From the IMG/VR virus record IMGVR_UViG_3300037067_013150, positions 11,169 through 75,168 of that record: DNA of 64,000 nucleotides; one strand, given 5' to 3'. Shown here piece after piece: positions 55,746-64,000 of this stretch. The notes beneath the pieces were generated by a model. That model saw only the letters and a list, made by a program, of their open reading frames with translations. It did no database searches and was not told the origin of the DNA. Source of the DNA: a virus (Duplodnaviria; Caudoviricetes). Position 1 is the stretch's first letter. Every line of letters starts with the position of its first letter. The position numbers and the translations under genes were made by a program.

Positions 55746-56369
55746 TTATTTTTCTCCTTTTTCGTATTTTTGTTTAAGTCGAGCTAATTCAACTTGTTCT
55801 TGTGCTTCTTTTTTATTTTGTTCTTTTTCCTCTAATATTTCTATAGTATTTTCAAATATTTTTCTTAGATCATCTGAAAAATTAAATCTTTTTTGATTAA
55901 TATCTATACTTCTTTGTATAGAACCCATATTATGTTGAGAAGCTCTTTTAGAAGCACAAAACCAATCAACAAACATTTCTATAATATCTATTAAATTCAT
56001 ACCCTGTATTCCATTTTCATGGTGTTCTACATGATGTCTTGATACTGCATAATGGTGTGTTAAAGCTGGTTTAAGATATTCCAATATTTTTTTATATTCA
56101 TCAGTACCATATATTATCTTATTTAGTAAAACAGTATTTGAAGAAAATAATTCAAATTCTGGATCTTCAAATTTAGAATTATCATGAGTTTCGGCACGTT
56201 CTTGTAAAAGAAGAATTATTTTATTTAATAAATTTTTAACTAAAATTTTATGTTCAGTTAATTGTTTAATACATATTGTTTTTAAAAACTCTGCATCTTT
56301 TTTAATCTCAGACATTTTTCCTCCATTATTTTTTATAATAAAATCCTTTATATTCTTTTCTATCTCCAT
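55746..56369 (-). CDS. DUF5662-like (HD-related) protein
   Basis: RAETHDNSKF...HHYAVSRHHVEHH...MNLIDIIEMFVDW; true start is probably MSEIKK. Confidence 0.7.
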   Translation of the reverse strand: MEIEKNIKDFIIKNNGGKMSEIKKDAEFLKTICIKQLTEHKILVKNLLNKIILLLQERAETHDNSKFEDPEFELFSSNTVLLNKIIYGTDEYKKILEYLKPALTHHYAVSRHHVEHHENGIQGMNLIDIIEMFVDWFCASKRASQHNMGSIQRSIDINQKRFNFSDDLRKIFENTIEILEEKEQNKKEAQEQVELARLKQKYEKGEK

Positions 56370-57084
56370 TAATTAATCTATAAAATTGTGTTCTAGAAAA
56401 ATTATTATCTTTTAAAAATTTACTTATATTTATTATTTCTATTTTATTATCATATGCATCATATAAAATATATGATGCATATCTATACTCCATTTTTTGT
56501 TTTAATCTGCATTGTCTTAATTTTTCTTTTGTCTCTTCTGAATGGTGTCTTCCTAACCAATATTTTGTATTATTATTCTTTATTTTTAATTTAGATTCCT
56601 CAGAAAGAAATTTTCCTTTTCTGTTAGAAGGTTTTCCTTGTAAACTTATACTTCGTTTCTCTATTTCTTCCTTTGATTGTTTTCTTTCTATTAAAGCTTT
56701 TCCACAAACTTGTTTTAAAAGTTTAATTGTTTCTGGTTTATGTTTTCTTCCTAAAGAGGATTTTCTTACTTTTTCTATCATTTTTTCTTTTTCTATATCT
56801 GACAAATTTGAAAAAGTATCTCCTCCAGTACCACCAATTGTAATATTATATCCAATGGTATGGTTAGTTGACTTATAAAAATTTATCCAATATTTTTCTC
56901 TATCATCTATAATATCATCGGAACATGTTTCTAAAATTTCTTTTTTAAAAGAATCCTTGCCATATTTTTTAATAGCCAGTTTTAAAATTTTTCCTGACCC
57001 TAAATATGTATTAGAAGAATATTTTTCTTTTCCAATATAAATTTTATTATTTATTAAATTTATTGTTTTATACACACTACCCAT
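56326..57084 (-). mobile_element. Free-standing GIY-YIG homing endonuclease with NUMOD3 repeats
   Basis: SVYKTINLINNKIYIG...YLGSG...RE...GYNITIGGTGG; repeats of the type HKPETIKLL and HHSEETKEKL. Confidence 0.9.
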
Positions 57085-57095
57085 TAAATATAATC

Positions 57096-58256
57096 CTATT
57101 TTATATTAAAAGTTTTTTTTACTAATTCTAAAAATTCAGGGTCCTGACATTGAGCTTTCTCTGGCTCGTCACTTATTTTAGCTACTGGAAGATTGTCTAC
57201 TTTTTGTAGCTTCATAACAATAGATAATGGTTTAACTCCGGGAATATCGTTTGTAAGATTCGTTCCTATCCCAAAAGTAACATTTATTTTATCTTTAAAT
57301 GTTTCATACAGCTTTTGGGCTTTTACAAAATTGAGACTGTCAGAAAATACAATTGTTTTTGTTTTCGGATCTATTCCCAAGTCTTCATAATGTTGAATTA
57401 CCTTTTCTCCTATAATAAAAGGATCTCCACTATCTTGTCTTACACCATCATAAAGTTTAGCAAAGTATTTATCAAAGTCTTTTAAAAAGGAATCAATTCC
57501 TATGGTATCAGTCAAAGCTATCCCAAGATCTCCTCTATAAACATCAGCCCACTTCTGTAACATGAAAGATTGTCCTTTTTCTAAATCTGAAAGAACCATT
57601 CCCCCCATTATCCACTCATGAGCCATTGTGCCGATTGGTTTAATCCCTTCCATATAAGCGAATAATACATTAGAAGTACCCATAAATTTTAAACCAAGAT
57701 CTTTATTAGTTTTACAGGTTCTAATTACTATTTGTTGCCACATACGAGAAAATCTTCTTCTTGTCCCAAAATCAGCAAAAGGAAATCCACTTTCAATAGC
57801 TATATCTATCTTTTCCCACAATCTTTTTAGTTGGCTATCAGTATCTGATAAATATAATGAATTAGAATGATTATATTTAAAATAAATTTCATTAATAATA
57901 GCTAAAACAGGTACTTCAAATAATATTGTTTCTAGCCACGGACCTCTTACTTTTAAAGTAAATGGTTCTTTAGTACTAATAATATAATCAAAACTTGTTT
58001 TATATGTTGAAAGATATTCAACAAATTCCTCATTAATATAAGGAAGTGTTTTAAGATAGTTTAATTCATTGTCTTTAAAAGATAAAGAACACCAATGTTT
58101 TAATTCTTCAATTATTTCATCATAATACGGAGAAAGATTTTCTCCACTTCTACATTTAAATTCATATTCTACAATAGTTTCAGGAAATTCAAAGAAGACA
58201 GCCTGACACATTGAAATTTTATATAAATCTGTATCTAAAAGACTATTTATAATCAT
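57096..58256 (-). CDS. pncB: Nicotinate phosphoribosyltransferase
   Basis: SLLDTDLYK, DFGTRRRFS, GTSNV, GTMAHEW, GVRQDSGDP, VFSDSL and FGIGTNLTND. Confidence 0.96.
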   Translation of the reverse strand: MIINSLLDTDLYKISMCQAVFFEFPETIVEYEFKCRSGENLSPYYDEIIEELKHWCSLSFKDNELNYLKTLPYINEEFVEYLSTYKTSFDYIISTKEPFTLKVRGPWLETILFEVPVLAIINEIYFKYNHSNSLYLSDTDSQLKRLWEKIDIAIESGFPFADFGTRRRFSRMWQQIVIRTCKTNKDLGLKFMGTSNVLFAYMEGIKPIGTMAHEWIMGGMVLSDLEKGQSFMLQKWADVYRGDLGIALTDTIGIDSFLKDFDKYFAKLYDGVRQDSGDPFIIGEKVIQHYEDLGIDPKTKTIVFSDSLNFVKAQKLYETFKDKINVTFGIGTNLTNDIPGVKPLSIVMKLQKVDNLPVAKISDEPEKAQCQDPEFLELVKKTFNIK

Positions 58257-59089
58257 ATATCATATCCAATCCAATCACAAAATTTTCTTAAGTCAAATTT
58301 ACGAGGAATAATATTTTTATGACTGTTTGTTTTCATCATATTAATAACAAATTTATAACAAGGTGAATCAAATTTAGGATCATCATCACCATAAAATATA
58401 TTATTGTAATAATATTTTATGCTTTCTTCCATATCTTTATATGAAAATCCAAGCTCATTTTCATCGGTTTGATCTTCCCACAATCCTGCAGATGGTATTC
58501 TATTTACATGTTCTTCTTTAATAATATTATTTAATATATAATAATCTAGAAGTTGATATACTTCACTTTTAAACAATTCTCCTATAGGATTAATATCAAC
58601 ACCACCATCACCATATTTTGTAAAATATCCAATGAAATTTTCATTAAGATTGTCTGTACCAATAACTCGTACTTTTTTATTAATTGTTTTATTAATTTCT
58701 TCTGCAATAGTATAAAGAACAGTCATTCTTATTCGTGCTTTCATGTTACCTTTAGTAAGATCATTCATAAGATGATTTTGAGCACCTTTCCAAAGATTTG
58801 TTTTTACAGATTCTTGAATCAAACGAATAGGTCCACAAATAGGAATTATTACATCTACTATTCCTAAATGAGCTGAAAGTTTTCTAGAAGTTGAATTAAA
58901 TGTTTTAAGATCAATTTCTGTTGATGGCATATGAATACCATATACATTATCACTACCCAATGCTTGAGAACAAAGAGTGGCAACTAACGTTGAATCTGCT
59001 CCACCACTTAATCCAATTACTGCTATATCAGTAAATTCTTTAATTTTATTTAGAGTATATTCAAGAAGTCCTTTAATATCAGTAATCAT
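58253..59089 (-). CDS. nadE: NH3-dependent NAD+ synthetase (no glutaminase domain)
   Basis: IGLSGGADS, GNMKARIRM, GYFTKYGDG, PSAGLWEDQTDE. Confidence 0.96.
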   Translation of the reverse strand: MITDIKGLLEYTLNKIKEFTDIAVIGLSGGADSTLVATLCSQALGSDNVYGIHMPSTEIDLKTFNSTSRKLSAHLGIVDVIIPICGPIRLIQESVKTNLWKGAQNHLMNDLTKGNMKARIRMTVLYTIAEEINKTINKKVRVIGTDNLNENFIGYFTKYGDGGVDINPIGELFKSEVYQLLDYYILNNIIKEEHVNRIPSAGLWEDQTDENELGFSYKDMEESIKYYYNNIFYGDDDPKFDSPCYKFVINMMKTNSHKNIIPRKFDLRKFCDWIGYDI

Positions 59090-59436
59090 ATAATTTATCC
59101 TTCAAATTCTTTTTTAAGTTCTAGATATTTTTGATATCTAGATTCCTTCATTTTTTCTTTTGATTTCTCTGCATTTAATTTGTCTATTTCTTTTTTCTTT
59201 TCTTCTTCTGCTGTTCTATATTCATATTCTGCATCTGTTTCATCTCTATTTCCATAAACAGATATTTCAAAATAATCATCACAATTATAAACTTCAAAAT
59301 ACATATCATGCAGTGGGTGTTTTTCTTTTAATTCTTGACAATATTCTATAGTTTTATCAATTTTACCAATAAGTTTATTTTCTATACAACTATCAATATT
59401 TTCTGTTATTTTTCTTTTCATCTAATTTCTCCTTAA

Positions 59437-60231
59437 TTATTTAAGAAATTCCATTGTAGTATTAAGTTGTACACCCTTTGAAACCATTTCTTTAATAAAA
59501 TCTTCTTGTACAGTTTCAAATCCAGTAACTGGACTCATAGCATCTTCTAATAGAATTATCTTTTTTATATTTGTATTATTAAATTCATTTACGAGATCCT
59601 TTATACTGTTAGCAACGCAATGTGATCCTGCTTCTCCTGCAACAAGAATAATATCAGCATTACTTAGTTCATTAATCAATTTTAGATTTAATAGAGTAGA
59701 AGGATCTGTAAGATCAGAAACTTCTGCTTTAATAGCAGAAAAATGTTCTGTCATAGGATTACTTCCTTTATAAATCATATCAATTGTTTTCATATTAGCA
59801 TATTCCCAATGCATTAAAGCTTGGAATATAGTTGGATAAATACTTGCTCCATAACTTCCAATTAAACAATGTTGAGGCCAAATACAGTGTGGGTATCTCC
59901 CTTTTTCTTTTAGAGTTTTAAGATAGTGAATAGTTTGTTCAATAAGAAGTGGATTACATGGAATCCATTTTTCATTTTCTACATCTTCAGCTGATATAAT
60001 AGTAAATGGATCTGGCATCCTTCCATCTTTATTTTTAAAAAAACAAGGATGAGCTATGTCAAAACAATGATGTGAATCTAAGGTAACATGAATATTTGAA
60101 ATTTGAGTAATAAGACGATTAAGCATATTACCAAGTCTATTCATATCTTTTTCAGCATTTTTAACATATAATGACCCATTAGAATCACAAAAATCCCTTT
60201 GAGGATCAATTAATAATAAGTCAATTTTCAT
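59437..60231 (-). CDS. pncA: Nicotinamidase-like cysteine hydrolase (isochorismatase family)
   Basis: IDPQRDFC, LDSH, WPQHC, KG.N and AGEAGSHCV; same operon as nadE and pncB. Confidence 0.85.
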   Translation of the reverse strand: MKIDLLLIDPQRDFCDSNGSLYVKNAEKDMNRLGNMLNRLITQISNIHVTLDSHHCFDIAHPCFFKNKDGRMPDPFTIISAEDVENEKWIPCNPLLIEQTIHYLKTLKEKGRYPHCIWPQHCLIGSYGASIYPTIFQALMHWEYANMKTIDMIYKGSNPMTEHFSAIKAEVSDLTDPSTLLNLKLINELSNADIILVAGEAGSHCVANSIKDLVNEFNNTNIKKIILLEDAMSPVTGFETVQEDFIKEMVSKGVQLNTTMEFLK

Positions 60232-60266
60232 GTCATATCCTTTTTAATATTATATTTATATTTAAT

Positions 60267-60295
60267 AATATAATTATTAAATATATAAATGTCAA
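60267..60295 (-). promoter_or_regulatory. Sigma70-type promoter of the NAD operon
   Basis: TTGACA-17 bp-TATATT on the minus strand. Confidence 0.7.
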
Positions 60296-60336
60296 CAAAA
60301 AAATTACTTTATTAAGAATTTTTTATAAAAAAGTAT

Positions 60337-60365
60337 TTGACATTTAAGATAATCGGTTTTATACT
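60337..60365 (+). promoter_or_regulatory. Divergent sigma70-type promoter for the small Cys-rich ORF 60386-60583
   Basis: TTGACA-17 bp-TATACT. Confidence 0.7.
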
Positions 60366-60659
60366 AGAAAAAAAGGATATATTTAATGAAAGTACCTATT
60401 TTAATTTGTCATAAATGTGGTTGGGTTGATGATGAATATAATGTTTTAGCAGCATATGTCATATCTTGTAAACATTGTGATTCAACTCAACATTATACAT
60501 TAATTTATTCAGAAAAAGAAGCTAAAAATTATCTTAATAAAAACCCATATCAATCAGAAAAAAATAAAAAAAGTACTTTTTAAGAGTATTTTATAGTAGC
60601 TATAATAATTTTTTTGATAATTTTGATAATTTTAATAAAAGAATAAAAATTTTCTTTAA

Positions 60660-61295
60660 TCATACTAATTCTTTCCAAGATAATCCATATATTGATTTTA
60701 GTTGTCTTTTAAGATGCTCTAAAATTTGTGGTTTTAATGCAGAAACAGTTGTATCACTAAGATTAATAAGTTTAGCAGTTTCTCTTTCCGAATTTCCTTT
60801 AATATAATGTAATTTTATTATATCTCTTTCTCTTTTTGGTAACTTTTTAATTAAAGAATTAAGAATATCAAAGATATATTTATCAATTACACTTTTATAA
60901 GTAAAATCTTCTGCAGATTTATTTAAAATTTTTGTAACAAAATCTATATTAGATTCAAAACTTTCTAATTTAAAAGTAGGATTACCATCTTTATCTTTTG
61001 ATCTAGATATATTACCCTCTTTTCTAAGATAATCAATAATTGCCCCATATATTCTTTTAGAACCATATGTACTAAATGCGTATCCTCGTGTTGGATCATA
61101 TTTTTCAACAGCATCTATTAATCCTATATAAGCATAAGATTTAATTTCATCTAAAGAAATATTATAAGATTTATGATTTCTATAAAAGTTTATTGCTATT
61201 TTTTTAGCTAAACTTATATTAGATATAATTAAATTATTTCTTTGATCTATATTTTTAGAATTATAATAAGACATCCAAATATCTTCATTTATCAT
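60660..61295 (-). CDS. RNA polymerase sigma factor, FliA/WhiG-like
   Basis: Region 2 IGLIDAVEKYDPTRGYAFSTYGSKRIYGAIIDYLR; region 4 LPKRERDIIKLHY...ETAKLINLS. Confidence 0.88.
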   Translation of the reverse strand: MINEDIWMSYYNSKNIDQRNNLIISNISLAKKIAINFYRNHKSYNISLDEIKSYAYIGLIDAVEKYDPTRGYAFSTYGSKRIYGAIIDYLRKEGNISRSKDKDGNPTFKLESFESNIDFVTKILNKSAEDFTYKSVIDKYIFDILNSLIKKLPKRERDIIKLHYIKGNSERETAKLINLSDTTVSALKPQILEHLKRQLKSIYGLSWKELV

Positions 61296-61317
61296 TTATA
61301 AATACCAAAGTTAAAAT

Positions 61318-61341
61318 AAAGCCCTCTTAATTGAGGGCTTT
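61318..61341. terminator. Intrinsic terminator
   Basis: AAAGCCCTC/GAGGGCTTT stem. Confidence 0.8.
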
Positions 61342-61365
61342 TAAAAAATTATTTTTTTCTCTTTT

Positions 61366-62049
61366 TTAATTTTCTATTAAGGATAAACCATCATCGCTTA
61401 TTCTAAATATACAGGGAGGAGTAGAACAAGTTGCATTTACATACTTATACCACTGATATTCTCCGGTTGATTTCTTTTGTACTAGCTCTGTTCTAAATCC
61501 ATTCAAAATAGAAGTACCTAAATAAACGGGTTCGGTTGAAATAAATCTAATCGAATCACCTATTTGTATTCTTAGAATAACAAATTCTGTAGAACAAGGA
61601 GGAGTTAGAATTTTAATATCTGGGCAACAATCAATACATGTGCCATCATTTCCATCTTCACCATCGTAGATGATAAATGTATTTGTTCCGCAAGTAACCT
61701 GTACACCTTCTGCTATATCTACTATTGAACACGACTGTCCATCAATTCCGTCTGCACCATCTGTTCCATTTAAACCATTTGCACCGTTTAAACCATTCCA
61801 AACATAAAAATCTCTGCTTCCGCAGTTAATTTTAATACCCTGTCTGCCCTGTTCATTTGTAATAGAGGCAACCGAGCAAGGTTGGCCAGAAGGACCCACA
61901 GGGCCAGCAGGACCCTGCGGACCAACATCTCCTTTTTCACCCTTGAAAATTAGATATCTAGTTTCATTTTCTGCATCTTCAATAGGGTCACATCCCATAA
62001 AGAAAGCAGTAGCAAAAATTGCTAGTATCATAAAAATAAGTTTTTTCAT
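61366..62049 (-). CDS. Collagen-like repeat lipoprotein
   Basis: Lipobox FMGC; G-X-Y triplets such as GEKGDVGPQGPAGPVGPSG and GLNGANGLNGTDGADG. Confidence 0.8.
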   Translation of the reverse strand: MKKLIFMILAIFATAFFMGCDPIEDAENETRYLIFKGEKGDVGPQGPAGPVGPSGQPCSVASITNEQGRQGIKINCGSRDFYVWNGLNGANGLNGTDGADGIDGQSCSIVDIAEGVQVTCGTNTFIIYDGEDGNDGTCIDCCPDIKILTPPCSTEFVILRIQIGDSIRFISTEPVYLGTSILNGFRTELVQKKSTGEYQWYKYVNATCSTPPCIFRISDDGLSLIEN

Positions 62050-62537
62050 TTTTTCTTCATCTCCTTAGAATTAAAATTTTAAAGCAAAAGTTAGATTCAT
62101 ACCAACCATATTAAATGATCGAGTATAAAAAGCATGAGCATACATCAAACCACCGCCCATACTAAAAGTAGGCGTTATATCACGAATATAACTTACTCCA
62201 AGACCTGGTATTGCTACGGGATCTTTAAATTGAGCAGAATATGCAAGAAAAACATATGGTTGAATAAGTATTGTATTTTTCTTTTCTGATGGAACAACTG
62301 TTTTTTGAGGCTGAATATCAGGAATTTTTTGTGGTAAAGGTTTAACAACTTTCTTTGGGGCCTTTTCTACAAGTAATTCAACTCTTTCCCAATCTGTACA
62401 TTTCCAAGTAAGAACCTTTTCTTGTTCAGCAAATACACTAGAAAATGTAAGAAGAAAAAGTAGAGATAAAAAACAACTAAAAATTTTCATATAATATTTT
62501 CTCCTTTTTCATATTTATATTATAAATAATATAATAT

Positions 62538-62609
62538 TCGGGATGGCCCGGATCGAACGGGCGTGATCTTGTTCCCAAAACAAGTGACTGACCACTAGCC
62601 TACATCCCG
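62538..62609 (-). tRNA. trnP: tRNA-Pro (anticodon UGG), CCA not encoded
   Basis: Acceptor CGGGATG/CATCCCG, anticodon arm CTTGT-TTTGGGA-ACAAG, T arm GCCCG-TTCGATC-CGGGC. Confidence 0.95.
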
Positions 62610-62955
62610 TATTTAATTATGAATACACCAAGAAAGAATAATATTTGATGGTGTAGTTCTAAAAATTATATTTCTGTTTTTTATGGTATCAATGCAAAAA
62701 TTACCAAAATCAACAGATTCTATACATAAATTTCTATTAGTAGTTGCTCCATAAAGATCAAAATTATATATTTTCTCTCTAACAGAATCAGATACATCTC
62801 TTATTTCTATAGTAGAAAAACTACTACCAAATAGAAAAATAACAGTTGATATATTATAACCTATAAAATTATCAAATTTTATTTGTATATCTCGATTAGA
62901 AAGAGAGTCGTGACAAGAAATAAAAAATAAACTTAAAAATAAAAAAATTAATATT

Positions 62956-63390
62956 TTATTCATATAAACCTCTAGATTGATTTGATAGTAATTCGTGCCA
63001 AAAACTTTTTGGAAGATGAATATTTTCTATCATAACAGATTCTTTAAATAAAGGAGCCATTTCTTCAGCACCATGATAAGCCAAACCACAACCTACTTCT
63101 GTTACTAAAAAAGTAAGTTCAGGGTGTTCTTTAGCAAATTCTATAAAACGATCAACATATGGTTTAATTCGTGCAATACTAATTTTATTACCAATACCAG
63201 GAGCAGCTATAGTAGGAATTCCATAAGTTTTTCCCTGCAGACCTTCTCCTTGTCCATAAATTGCTCCCCAATCTAATGCTGTTTTTGCTGCTCCCTTACC
63301 ATGCCGACCTGCAATATTAGCACCAAATACAAAGATTTCATTTTCTTTTAATTCAGTAATATGATCTGATGTTATTCTATTTAATTGCAT
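62956..63390 (-). CDS. A1S_2505-like phage protein (possibly macrodomain-related)
   Basis: IFVFGANIAGRHGKGAA...GEGLQGKTYGIPT...FLVTEVGCGLAY. Confidence 0.65.
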   Translation of the reverse strand: MQLNRITSDHITELKENEIFVFGANIAGRHGKGAAKTALDWGAIYGQGEGLQGKTYGIPTIAAPGIGNKISIARIKPYVDRFIEFAKEHPELTFLVTEVGCGLAYHGAEEMAPLFKESVMIENIHLPKSFWHELLSNQSRGLYE

Positions 63391-64000
63391 TTAAGAAACT
63401 GCCTTTTTACTAGTATAATCTATGATTAAAATCTTTTTCTGTACAAGTCTTTAATACTTCTCTTCTACCCAAAATTCACAAGTTCCCCACTCTCCTATTA
63501 TACATCTAGGACCAACTCCTTCAGGTTTTGGATCATGATTGCACCACAATTCATTAAGAAATGAATCATAATTTCTAAATTCACATCTTGAACAAGGTTC
63601 TTCTTTACACGGTTCGTCATACATTATTTTTTCCATTCTTTGTAATACTTTTACACTTTGCTATTCTATTCCAAAGAGCATCAGCGAGTATTTCAGAATT
63701 TTCTAAAGGCTTTGTTCTATCCATTTGATTCTCTTCAAAGAATACACACTTATATTGTATTCCTCCTAATGGTAGCCCTTTGGGTGATTTTTCGCAAGTA
63801 TCGCATTCAGATTCCTTTCTTAAGAAAGTACAATATGATTTCATAAGCTATCCTTTTCTATGAGTAACCCATATAATTTTTTAACAAGCTTTATCTGATC
63901 TTGTGCTTTCTTAGAAGAAAGAAGATCTTTCCAATCTCTAGTCAATCTACCTACGCTTGTTATTTTATAAGCTTTAGAATTAAAATCTTTAAAGTTTATT

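Noticed and set aside
56326-57084. GIY-YIG gene inside a group I intron
   Set aside because: Both neighbours are complete ORFs and there is almost no flanking non-coding sequence for an intron core.

Overview
This is a 64-kb slice of a large, AT-rich dsDNA bacteriophage genome (jumbo-phage-like), with no structural genes recognisable in the window. It has three transcription blocks. (1) 1-41.8 kb is almost all minus strand: dozens of small SD-led ORFs separated by many intrinsic terminators. It includes two DNA methyltransferases (one Type IIG-like REase-MTase), a MoxR-like AAA ATPase with a metallopeptidase/vWA partner, an ArdC-like protein, a Mu Gam-like protein, an SLT transglycosylase, a ParB-like protein, an astacin-like protease and several paralog families. 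(2) 42.5-54.9 kb is plus strand: RyR-domain protein, frameshifted Pth2, YopX, two deaminases and Hsp20. (3) 55-64 kb is mostly minus strand: pncA-nadE-pncB NAD-salvage operon, GIY-YIG endonuclease, FliA-like sigma factor, collagen-like lipoprotein and tRNA-Pro(UGG). Blocks 1 and 2 diverge from a repeat-rich, GC-elevated region (about 39-42.4 kb) that may be a genome terminus or origin. The strongest unexplained signal is a strictly oriented ~14-bp motif (minus strand RGRRADTCGANCCY). By manual scan it occurs 15 times (plus 2 partial copies) every ~0.7-4.6 kb across 1.8-39.7 kb, both between genes and inside ORFs in all three frames, and I found none in the remaining 24 kb. All calls come from reading the sequence and ORF track; no database searches or folding computations were run.
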